Origin: Patescibacteria group bacterium
GTDB lineage: Bacteria > Patescibacteriota > Minisyncoccia > Phycocordibacterales > DATDWN01
DNA: 64,000 nucleotides
Direction: 5' to 3'
NCBI GenBank assembly: GCA_040384485.1
Contig: JAZKJH010000003.1
Coordinates: 71,556 to 135,555, forward strand
Positions within the stretch are counted from its first letter, which is position 1; each line of letters opens with the position of its first letter. Of the stretch, positions 55,901-63,085 are shown in pieces. The notes under the pieces were generated by a model. It did not search any database. It was given only the letters and a program-made list of their open reading frames with translations, and was not told the DNA's origin. The translations under genes were made by a program, and so were the position numbers.

Positions 55901-58320
55901 TTATATCCAGGTGATGTTGTTCCTATTCCAACATTTCCTCCATTGGTCACAATAAAATTTGTTGCTGTTGATGAACCGACAGCAAAAGCTGGACCTGCTA
56001 TTCCATTTGGGTTTATAGACAATTTTGCCCAAGGTGTAGTTGTGCCTATGCCGACATTGCCAGTTGATCCATTTATCACCATTCTAGTTTCTTGGCTACC
56101 TAAAAACGCCCCACTTGTGTTGAAAGCGATACCCGACCAGGCACCAAGATTCAAATATCCACCACCAACTGTTGATCCTAAATCTCCACGAAAAATACCG
56201 TTGGTGTAGTTTCCACTTCCTGTATCAATATCACCAAGATTAATGGTTCCAGAATCATCTGCTGTGCCAACTCGCAAAACCCCATTTATTTCCAGTTTTT
56301 CTGTTGGGTTTGAAACCCCCAATCCCAATCTTCCGTTGAGTGTATCTATATTGAGCACAGATGTCCCTGCAGCATTTTGAAAATTAAAAGCATTTATTTG
56401 ATCATTCTCTGGAACAAAGTTTAGAGATGAATTAGCTCCGTTCACTGCTACGGTTGTAGAGCCGTTTGCGGTTGTAGAAAATGTTGCCTCGTTACTCGCA
56501 TCGTATTGGAGTCTGAATTGAGGAGTTGATATTGAAGTTATTGTCTGACTACCTGAGTTAATAATTCCTCCTGCGTATAAGTTTCCAGAGTTATCTACTC
56601 GAAACAAATCTGTTGCTCCGTTCGCAGTTTTAAAAGTTATAAAGTCACCACTTGGAGCAAGGTCTGTTGCACGTCTTGAGGCAAATAAGGTTAGTCCGTT
56701 TTGTGATTGAACTAAATCTAGGGTCGCGGCGGGCATAGTGGTCCCAATACCTATCCTTCCGGAATTCTGTTGAACAACAAATTGACTCCCCCCTACAGCC
56801 AAACCTCCGGTTGAAATAGTAGAGGTAGCAACAGTACTAGTTGCGTTAAAATTCCCAAAGGTGGGAGTTGAGGTCGCCACAACTACCCCATCAGAACCTA
56901 TTGATAGCAACGAGTTTATTGCAACTCCTGAGAATGTTATGGTGGGAACTGAAAACGTTGTCGCGGAAAGATTGGTTGCTGTTATGGATGTGTTTGTGAT
57001 AGTTCCCCCGCTAATAGTTGGTGTCGTGATGCTAGGATTTTGGATTGTGGTATTTACAAGATTATCTATTTTTCCAGTGTGAGCTATTTGCTGGTATATG
57101 TTTGTAACTGCGTTGTTACTACCAGTTGAAAGACTTGAAAGTTGAATCGATAGTTCACTCGCAAATTTATTACTTGTTTCAGAAAGTCTTTGTTCTAAGT
57201 ATTCTCGGGTTACCCCAGTTACTGTGGTTGGAACAACTCTTTCAATAATTCTTTCAATTACAGGGTTAGTAACTATATTTTGCACAACAGGTGTATTTGT
57301 TGAAACAATAGTTTTTGTCGGAGCAACAGCTATTGGTTTTGCTTCATCCGAAACATATGTCTTTTCTGGAATTTGAATTGATGGTGTTTCTGCTTCTAAA
57401 GAATCGTCGGTGCCAAATAGTCCGCTAATAAAATTATAAATACCAACACTAGCTTTATCAAAAATATTTAACTCTTCGACAGAAGATGACACTTGCGCAC
57501 CAAACCTTCTAGCTTCATTTTTTGCAAGCGAGTTTGCTATAGATACTCCGTCTAATGATTCTGAGATAAAAGCTAGTGCACTGTAATAGTTACTTGCAAC
57601 TATTTTTTGTGTTTCAGAAAAACCAACATCGATAACTTTTTTATTTTTAAGTGCAAGTTCTTCTGTTGCTCCCCTTATGTAAAGTGATGGGTTTTTAAAA
57701 AACTTATAAGAATGTTGCGCGAAAAGTGAGCTCGCATTATCAATTTTATTTCCCAATGAAATATATGTGGGTGTTGCCAACTTTGAATACAAGTCAATTG
57801 TTTCATCTACTGATTCAAAAAAGTGGTGCGGGGCACTAGATATGTTTTTGGAAAGTTTTGGATAATCTACTTGAGTTATGGTGTGCCCAACAAAAACCAG
57901 CATCAAACCGAACGCCAAAGGCATCAGGTGTCTAGTAAAATAAACCAAAGATAGTGACCCTCTCATCATTGGAAACTTTGGGGAGGAAAGAATGTCGCCA
58001 ACATGAGCCTGAATCTTGCTTGCACTTTTTTGAGACAATTCCTCAATTTTCTTTACCGCAATACTTGCCGAGATATCGTTATTTTTAGATGTTTCAAAAA
58101 TCTCGGAGTGACGAGAAGTTTTTATTTCTAGGTCTTTTTTTTCAGTTCCGTAGTTAAGTATTGAGCTCTCAGCCACATACCACAAGTCCCCTACTTTTTT
58201 AGAATCTATTTTCCCAGAACGTGAAAGTTGACCGATGTAGTCGCGTGTATAGCCAGTAATCCTACTAGCATCTTTAACGGAAATATACTTCTTCTGATCA
58301 AAATAGAGCTCAGTTATCAT
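49954..58320 (-). CDS. Giant surface protein 3 (2788 aa). Contains an N-terminal MerR-like HTH, a TM, FG-GAP/VCBS beta-propeller repeats, Gly-rich fibre repeats, an S74-like intramolecular chaperone and a C-terminal DUF5011-like domain.
   Basis: N-terminus KYISVKDASRITGYTRDYIGQLSRSGKIDSKKVGDLWYV; TM LMPLAFGLMLVFVGHTI. About 7 FG-GAP units (GDVNGDGKDDVVVVNRGSETVSVFINNGNGTFATKVDY...). SDVRAKSGIVDTHYKL...GFVAQELHDIYPTAV. C-terminal IPPVITITGSANLQIPLNSNYSDLGATV.... Confidence 0.85.
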   Translation of the reverse strand: MITELYFDQKKYISVKDASRITGYTRDYIGQLSRSGKIDSKKVGDLWYVAESSILNYGTEKKDLEIKTSRHSEIFETSKNNDISASIAVKKIEELSQKSASKIQAHVGDILSSPKFPMMRGSLSLVYFTRHLMPLAFGLMLVFVGHTITQVDYPKLSKNISSAPHHFFESVDETIDLYSKLATPTYISLGNKIDNASSLFAQHSYKFFKNPSLYIRGATEELALKNKKVIDVGFSETQKIVASNYYSALAFISESLDGVSIANSLAKNEARRFGAQVSSSVEELNIFDKASVGIYNFISGLFGTDDSLEAETPSIQIPEKTYVSDEAKPIAVAPTKTIVSTNTPVVQNIVTNPVIERIIERVVPTTVTGVTREYLEQRLSETSNKFASELSIQLSSLSTGSNNAVTNIYQQIAHTGKIDNLVNTTIQNPSITTPTISGGTITNTSITATNLSATTFSVPTITFSGVAINSLLSIGSDGVVVATSTPTFGNFNATSTVATSTISTGGLAVGGSQFVVQQNSGRIGIGTTMPAATLDLVQSQNGLTLFASRRATDLAPSGDFITFKTANGATDLFRVDNSGNLYAGGIINSGSQTITSISTPQFRLQYDASNEATFSTTANGSTTVAVNGANSSLNFVPENDQINAFNFQNAAGTSVLNIDTLNGRLGLGVSNPTEKLEINGVLRVGTADDSGTINLGDIDTGSGNYTNGIFRGDLGSTVGGGYLNLGAWSGIAFNTSGAFLGSQETRMVINGSTGNVGIGTTTPWAKLSINPNGIAGPAFAVGSSTATNFIVTNGGNVGIGTTSPGYKLAVEGTVGIKNNLYINRTLETDDAKVRFFTGATSGWSVGYNNANNGFLVRNERLGFDNFTISDHSAGQQIAIGTNGTTRISIEGSAGNVVLNPTSGKVGVGTTTPWAKFSVDTTGLTDPAFAIGSTASTFLSVTSSGNVGIGTVNPTGLLTVKGTASILNSSDDTIFSFNPSSAVFTLGKGGVVAGKINFDGTPGEIRQDGLTQFDFPTNTIRVWSAFDTPPLGFGIGPDYAFKTEGTERLTIKGTTGNIGVGTTTPRSKLTVAGGGVGAESIILSKAFGSTISPGPVGFNSYLNLSGGLGTGGTEMLPISQRITSSGNLVNIGSIKAGEISLTSGGTFATKVDYTTGTSPLGVTTGDVNGDGKDDVVVVNRGSETVSVFINNGNGTFATKVDYAATGSVPTAVALGDMNGDGKLDMVVTLGGASGVAIYLNNGNGTFATRVNYGGGAYEENLSLADFNADGKLDVASASYFDTGVSVYMNNGNGTLATRVKYTTATGRPQGLAAADFNGDGYVDIATDDWTTATMAVMMNNGDGTFGADVEYAVPGEQYSVKAADLSGDGKADIVVMRSGGVSVFINNGNGTFAARVDYTNAGSVGIALGDVNGDGFVDIVSTNHGSDTVSVLINNGNGTFATKVDYATGDGPFYVALGDFDGNGKLDIVTTNNNTTTASVLLNVANPVFTTKSLTGFTGFGTTTPWAQLSINPNGITGPAFAIGSSTATNFVVTNGGRVGIGTTTPNNLISVYDLIDFSNTTFSTKLGYQAGKNNVSAATGNTFVGYQAGLYGGGSTSGASDNTAVGYRSLISNVSGGRNVSMGVNALAGNTSGGENVAIGYSSMVSANGAYNVAIGPSTLGVTTGNSNIAIGLFSLNTNIAGSDSIGIGQGSLGLNTQSTSNIAIGVSAAAGNGANYTNQGGIYMGTASGYSVQTGSDYNIFLGYRSGYSNTTGANNIIIGSNVDVPVVAGSRQLNIGNVLYATGIYNGSSMSSTPVSNGLIGIGTTTPAAKLHTLSTTEQLRLGYDASNYTSLTVSTNGNLTVAPTGGTIVNTVLPSTNITFTNPASGSLYNIGNISSSTITDPSYASGVTRIANSAVYTSINPTSSWSNTVFNQSLALSTVSGNSQNGGYMYGLYNTVKHAGTGTIGGAWTNYGEVLNTGGGTITDAVGTYGWVSNSAGGTITTGRAGDFTFINSGYNKDMDGVRARSLSLGFATTSMALNAISANIGTMGTSTVVKATFYQSSAGANLLTDVKHFEVADLSNLGTIAGNTYGLYIGDITNGTQSGSEYSIYASDNNTLNYFAGSVGIGTTTPGAKLDIANTNNWSSYTNQITSASVSGGVGAFKSVQTITDPDPVVASPYRSNWFETEINLTGNPSSSRLYRGVQTYISTPVGSTFGHSNLSLTGNHIGAYHQGTGQVNAIRALDSSAQLAGSATASLVSAGLFSASIAGTGTVTTLQGLDSGVVLNPTSTGSTVTSAIGVRSRATFASASTVTTLNLFEASVLSNSGTITNTYAYYAGDLTTGTQTNTPYSFYASDTGAYNYFAGNVGIGTTTPGAKLSVEVGGGAANARNTQLRFTHTSGTDSFNLATIREAATDDIAGLAFLDGSTELMTVLSTGNVTVGTPTVGAGQLQVKISEVANWAAFFHNDGNNSDARGVGIAAGQHANGGAGNLLYFYDGDGSELVGSVTYTGSATTYNTTSDVRAKSGIVDTHYKLSDLMAIKVRDYTMTSDLNNTPQTGFVAQELHDIYPTAVSVPANPDDMWAVDYGRITPLIVKSIQEMNLNLETIAGINTTNTTEADGFASAFWTGIKTKLVAWFSETTNGIGNMFANVFTANEKICVDDECLTKDDIRALLDLVQEQNNEPEEEETPESGDSIPPVITITGSANLQIPLNSNYSDLGATVTDLDDENNANNNLGIYFNVNGVDMLSVSISTNATTTHTIVYSAMDEGGNWSYATRTVEVIEETVEGPPEELPEEGGEGGE

Positions 58321-58673
58321 TACTAATATTTTATCTATCTAATCAACTGTGTAGTGGAATTCATTGGGGAAAAGTGAAAGATTAAAAACAAGCCTAATTA
58401 CATAGGTAATTACATGATGTTGGTATGGATTCCTAATCAAATACTTCTACAATAAAGTCGTAAATTTTTTATGTTACTGTTCCACATGGTCATGCGACCA
58501 CTGCTCGGCTTCGCACGGTTGCAATCAATAATCAAAACTTACAACCATGGCTTCATACTAGAAATTTTCGTGTTAGCTCACCGACAACTTATCCACTTTT
58601 GTAACATTGCTAATAGATATTAAAGGATATAATATTGGTATATACCTTTATCAATGTTTTTATAAGTACAACT

Positions 58674-58916
58674 ATGGCAAATCTCTATATAACAATAAAA
58701 CAGGCAGGAAAAATACTTGGAGTGACTCCTCTCACCTTGAGAAACTGGGACAAGAACGGTAAGCTAAAAGCCCATAGACACCCGATGAATAACTATCGTG
58801 TTTACAAGATCGAGGACTTGGAGAAAGTGATTCATGAGATAGAAACACACGCAGGACTTCGCAAGAGTACAAAAAAAGAAGTTCACAAATTGATTGTTAA
58901 GCATTTGGAGGAATAG
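58674..58916 (+). CDS. Small MerR-family HTH DNA-binding protein
   Basis: ANLYITIKQAGKILGVTPLTLRNWDKNGKLKAHRHPMNNYRVYKIEDLEKV matches the MerR-type HTH (..tigelA...gvs..tLR.We..GLl.p.r...gyR.Y...dl). ATG at 58674 is preferred over the TTG at 58635. A TATAAT box lies at 58629-58634. Confidence 0.65.
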   Translation: MANLYITIKQAGKILGVTPLTLRNWDKNGKLKAHRHPMNNYRVYKIEDLEKVIHEIETHAGLRKSTKKEVHKLIVKHLEE

Positions 58917-58925
58917 CAATACAAA

Positions 58926-58960
58926 ATAAAAAAATCACTCTGTCTAGAGTGATTTTTTTA
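58926..58960. terminator. Bidirectional rho-independent terminator
   Basis: aaaaa-tcactct-gtct-agagtga-ttttttt. Confidence 0.7.
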
Positions 58961-58975
58961 TTTTGTGTTCTGTTC

Positions 58976-60391
58976 TTACTGACTCAATAGCCCTAGTAAA
59001 ACATTCTTGAGCATTTCTGGATTCACACTCCCCTTCGATATTTTCATTCCTTGTCCAATAAAAAATTGAAACAGTGCAACTTTTCCTCCTTTGTATTCTG
59101 CTACAACATTTGGGTTGTCATTTAATATTTGCTCTGCAAGTTTTTTTACTTCCTCCGGATTACTTTTTTGTATTAGTCCTTTTTCATTTGCAATAACTTC
59201 TGGATCCCCTCCAACTTCAAACATAACGAGCAGTGTGTCTTTCGCTCCACGGGAAGACAAGTCACCTTTCTTGATCATTTGAATCAGTTTTATAAAACTA
59301 TCAGATGTTATTTTGCCTAATGAAAAGTCTAGGTTTATTTTTTTAGCAAAACCTACCAAATCAGAAGCAATATAGTTGGATGCCAACTGTAGAGTTTCTC
59401 CAGATTCAAGTTGTTTTGTTACAGCGTCGAAAAATTGACCTGCTTCTATATTTCCAACATACACCTCAACATCCGTTGGTTTTATTCCAAAACTTAAAAG
59501 TCTTTCTCTTTTTTGAGTTGGTGTTTCTGGTAGCTGGCTTTGTAGCACTTCCCTACTTAGCTCAGGGATTTCACTTAAAATGATTTTAGGCAAATCAGGA
59601 TCTGGGAAATATCTGTAATCATGTGCTGATTCTTTTGCGCGCTGACTAAACGTTGCTTGTTTGTTTTCATCCCAACCTCGAGTTTCTTGTATCACCTTCT
59701 CACCCTTATCCAAAAGAGTTGTTTGTCTTTTGAATTCATACTCAATTGCTTTTCCTGCTGCTCTAAATGAGTTGATATTTTTTACTTCTACTTTTGTGCC
59801 AAACTCTTCTGTTTTCGATACAGACATATTTACTTCTACACGCATCTCGCCTTTTTCCATATTTGCGTCCGACACATTTAAATACTGTAATAGTAGTTGA
59901 AATTCTTTTCCGAAGTTCATAGCTTCTTCAGCGCTGTGTATTACTGGTTCGGTAACAAGCTCCATCAAAGGCACTCCGGCTCGGTTGTAGTCGATCAAAC
60001 TAACATCTCCAGTGTCGTGTGATGATTTGGCTGTATCTTCCTCCAGATGAATTCTGGTTAATGTCACCCCTGCAAGTGAGCCTCCACTAACTAATGGATA
60101 TTTATATTGGCTTATTTGATAACCTTTTGGTATGTCTGGGTAGAAATAGTTTTTTCTATCAAACTCTGTAAAGTCTGCTAGTGTACTGTTTAAGGCTGTG
60201 CCTACCATCAAAACTTTTTTGACTGCCTCTTTGTTTATAACTGGTAGGGTTCCTGGGTGGCCCATACATATTGGACAAACGTTGGTGTTGGGAGCATCCC
60301 CCTCTCCATTTTTACAACCACAAAACATCTTACTTTTTGTTTTTAGCTCGGCGTGTATTTCTAAACCGATTGTTGTTTTGTATTCACTCAT
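58976..60391 (-). CDS. gatB: Aspartyl/glutamyl-tRNA(Asn/Gln) amidotransferase subunit B
   Basis: MSEYKTTIGLEIHAELKTKSKMFCGC... canonical GatB N-terminus; 471 aa; C-terminal YqeY-like domain. Confidence 0.9.
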   Translation of the reverse strand: MSEYKTTIGLEIHAELKTKSKMFCGCKNGEGDAPNTNVCPICMGHPGTLPVINKEAVKKVLMVGTALNSTLADFTEFDRKNYFYPDIPKGYQISQYKYPLVSGGSLAGVTLTRIHLEEDTAKSSHDTGDVSLIDYNRAGVPLMELVTEPVIHSAEEAMNFGKEFQLLLQYLNVSDANMEKGEMRVEVNMSVSKTEEFGTKVEVKNINSFRAAGKAIEYEFKRQTTLLDKGEKVIQETRGWDENKQATFSQRAKESAHDYRYFPDPDLPKIILSEIPELSREVLQSQLPETPTQKRERLLSFGIKPTDVEVYVGNIEAGQFFDAVTKQLESGETLQLASNYIASDLVGFAKKINLDFSLGKITSDSFIKLIQMIKKGDLSSRGAKDTLLVMFEVGGDPEVIANEKGLIQKSNPEEVKKLAEQILNDNPNVVAEYKGGKVALFQFFIGQGMKISKGSVNPEMLKNVLLGLLSQ

Positions 60392-60393
60392 GT

Positions 60394-61401
60394 CTATTTT
60401 GCTATCTTTCTAAGTATTTTAACAATTTCGTCACTGAAGTTCTTTACTGATGCGTCATCTATAATGGACAGGTCAAGAATATGTTCGTGAGTCTTACTGA
60501 ATAATTTCTTAATGGAATTGAGTTTTTTACTATCTACCATGTCTGTTTTTGTAAGTAATATAATTTCTGGTTTTTGTATCAAAGCAGGATCATAGTTCTT
60601 GAGCTCGTCTCTTATTATGTTGTACGTAGCCAAAACATCCTCGTTTTCGCAAGAGATACAGTGTAAGATAGCTTTTGTTCTAGAAACATGTCTCAAAAAT
60701 TTGTGCCCCAAACCTTTTCCTTCACTTGCTCCACTAATAAGTCCTGGTATGTCAGCTATAATAAAACCGTATAAGTCTCCTAGGTTTGGAACAAGAGTTG
60801 TAAATTGGTAATTTCCTATTTTTGCTTTTGCATTCGTTATGGAGTTGAGCAAACTAGACTTTCCTGCATTTGGCAATCCAACCAACCCCAGATCAACTAC
60901 TAGTTTTAATTCTACAAAAAACTGTCCTCCTTCTCCTGGTTTTCCAGGAGTGGACTCTTGCGGCCTTATGTTTTTTGAACCTTTAAAGTGAGTGTTTCCT
61001 CGTCCACCAAAACCACCTTTTAAAAAGAAAATTGGCTCTTCAGTAAGTACTTCTACAAACTCGCCTGTTTCAGTGTTAGTAACAATGCTTCCGATAGGTA
61101 GCTCGAGAATAGTGTCTTCCCCTCTTTTGCCGTGCATACAGTTACCCATCCCGTTTTGACCATCTTCTGCTTTTATATCTTTAATGAATTTATACTCTGA
61201 CAGTTTTCCTATGTCTCGTGCTCCTTTTAGATATACGCTGCCTCCCCTGCCACCATCTCCTCCTCCTGGCCCGGCATGATCAATACCCTTCTCATGCATC
61301 CATGAGACTATCCCATCACCTCCTTTTCCTGCCCAAATATTCAATGTGAGTTCGTCGATAAACATATATGGTACTCTAGCAGAAAAACCCTTAAAATCCA
61401 A
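60394..61401 (-). CDS. obg: GTPase Obg/CgtA
   Basis: Gly-rich Obg fold (GGDGGRGGSVYL, GGFGGRGN), G-domain LVGLPNAGKSSLLN, DIPGLI, TKTD. Confidence 0.9.
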   Translation of the reverse strand: MDFKGFSARVPYMFIDELTLNIWAGKGGDGIVSWMHEKGIDHAGPGGGDGGRGGSVYLKGARDIGKLSEYKFIKDIKAEDGQNGMGNCMHGKRGEDTILELPIGSIVTNTETGEFVEVLTEEPIFFLKGGFGGRGNTHFKGSKNIRPQESTPGKPGEGGQFFVELKLVVDLGLVGLPNAGKSSLLNSITNAKAKIGNYQFTTLVPNLGDLYGFIIADIPGLISGASEGKGLGHKFLRHVSRTKAILHCISCENEDVLATYNIIRDELKNYDPALIQKPEIILLTKTDMVDSKKLNSIKKLFSKTHEHILDLSIIDDASVKNFSDEIVKILRKIAK

Positions 61402-61432
61402 TAACTACTAAGTAATTACGGTTATCCACACT

Positions 61433-61798
61433 ATGTCTGCAATAACAGATTTGCAAAATAATCATAATCTGGTACAAATATTGAAAATACTTATTAATTG
61501 TTTTTATAATATTTATATACATATGGACGAACCATTGAAAGATGATGACAAAGAGAAAGATGAGATAGACCTTCCGATAGGAGATATCGACCCAGAAGCG
61601 GCTGCGCCAATAATAGAACCTGAGGAGGAAGCTGACCTTCCTGCAGATGATTTAGGTTTTGGTGGCGAAGATGAGTTCGGTGATCCATTGATAGTTCCGA
61701 CAAAAAAGCCTAGTGATGATGTTTCTGCTGAGGAGGAGGCTGAAGCAGAGGAAGAAGAGTTGCCTGAGGATGGGTATGACGATGTAGATTTACTATAA
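61433..61798 (+). CDS. Highly acidic hypothetical protein
   Basis: 121-aa ORF (possible internal start MDEPLKDDD at ~61523), Asp/Glu-rich low-complexity; followed by clear terminator accgccg-atac-cggcggt + Ts at 61803-61828. Confidence 0.4.
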   Translation: MSAITDLQNNHNLVQILKILINCFYNIYIHMDEPLKDDDKEKDEIDLPIGDIDPEAAAPIIEPEEEADLPADDLGFGGEDEFGDPLIVPTKKPSDDVSAEEEAEAEEEELPEDGYDDVDLL

Positions 61799-61829
61799 TA
61801 ACAAAAACCGCCGATACCGGCGGTTTTTG

Positions 61830-63041
61830 TTATTTAATTTTAATGAATCGTTTTTTACCTATTCTATATACTCCCTCTTTTATAAAACTTTCATCTTTTA
61901 TCTTTTCACCGTTCTCCACACTAGTTACTGCACCATCTTGAAGTAATCTTCGCCACTCTGTTTTAGATGAGACAATCTCTTTTTTTATCAACTCCTCTAC
62001 TAACCCAGAACCTTCGATAGAAATTTCTTCTATATTCTCTGGCACCCCTCCTTTTGAAAATGTGTTTTCAAAAGCTTCTTCTGCTTTTTTTGCCTCCCCT
62101 TCTCCGTGATAAGTTGCTACTATTTCCCTTGCTAAAACTAGTTTAAATTCTTTCGGGTTGCCGCCTACAAGGATTGAGTTTTTTATTTTATTTATTTGTG
62201 ATGATGGAATTGTAGTAATAAGTTCCAAAGCAGGGATAATTAATTCGTCGCCCCAACTCATTATTTTACCAAACATATCTTCAGGGGTTTGATCCAACGA
62301 AACCATATTGTTTTCAGTTTTTCCCATTTTCTTTCCTGTTGGGTCAACAAGTAACTTGCAAGCTATGACGAACTTCTCTTTGTTTTTAAGTGTTTTAAGC
62401 AAATCCCTTCCAACTAGCATGTTAAAGGTTTGGTCATTCCCACCTATTTCCCCATCGACGTTCATGGCTACAGAATCGTAACCCTGCATTAGTGGATACA
62501 TGAATTCGTGAATGTAAATCGGCTTACCTTCTTTGCTTCGATTTTCAAACATATCTCTTTCCATCATCTGTCCAACTGTCATGTTGGAAGCTAAGTCCAA
62601 AACATCTGCAAAGCCCATCTCTCCTAGCCATTCTGAGTTGAATTTGAATAAAGCTTTGTTGGAACCAGAAAATGAAATATATTTTGAAGCTTGGTTTTTA
62701 TATTCCTTTAAGTTTGCCATTACCTCCTCAGAAGAAAGCTTTTTTCTGGCGGAAGTTTTATCTGTTGGGTCTCCGATCATCGCAGTAAAGTCTCCCATAA
62801 GTAGAATGATTTGGTGGCCTAACTCTTGGAACTTAGCCATCTTTAAAAGAGGAATAACGTGCCCCATGTGTAGGGTTGGACCTGTTGGGTCAACGCCTAA
62901 ATACAGAGTTACTCTTTCCCCTCGCATCATTTTTGCCTTCACAAACTCCTTGTTCGGGAAAACATTCTCTATACCCCTAGAAAGCAGCTCATCTATTTTT
63001 ACTTCATCTGTTATTGTTTTTTGTTGGGTGAATCCGAACAT
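61830..63041 (-). CDS. tyrS: Tyrosine--tRNA ligase
   Basis: Class I HIGH motif (GVDPTGPTLHMGHVIPL), KMSKS-like KMGKTE, C-terminal S4-like domain; 403 aa. Confidence 0.85.
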   Translation of the reverse strand: MFGFTQQKTITDEVKIDELLSRGIENVFPNKEFVKAKMMRGERVTLYLGVDPTGPTLHMGHVIPLLKMAKFQELGHQIILLMGDFTAMIGDPTDKTSARKKLSSEEVMANLKEYKNQASKYISFSGSNKALFKFNSEWLGEMGFADVLDLASNMTVGQMMERDMFENRSKEGKPIYIHEFMYPLMQGYDSVAMNVDGEIGGNDQTFNMLVGRDLLKTLKNKEKFVIACKLLVDPTGKKMGKTENNMVSLDQTPEDMFGKIMSWGDELIIPALELITTIPSSQINKIKNSILVGGNPKEFKLVLAREIVATYHGEGEAKKAEEAFENTFSKGGVPENIEEISIEGSGLVEELIKKEIVSSKTEWRRLLQDGAVTSVENGEKIKDESFIKEGVYRIGKKRFIKIK

Positions 63042-63085
63042 AGTACTGTTTATTTGTGATTTAACTTTACCACAAATATGTTAGA

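Noticed and set aside
33285-58320. Dozens of 60-320-aa ORFs on the plus strand inside the giant genes (e.g. 43078-43794, 55241-56209)
   Set aside because: They are antisense to long uninterrupted minus-strand ORFs whose coding strand is T/G/A-rich and low in stop codons. Their translations are low-complexity Val/Pro/Thr strings. They are artefacts of the repetitive giant genes.
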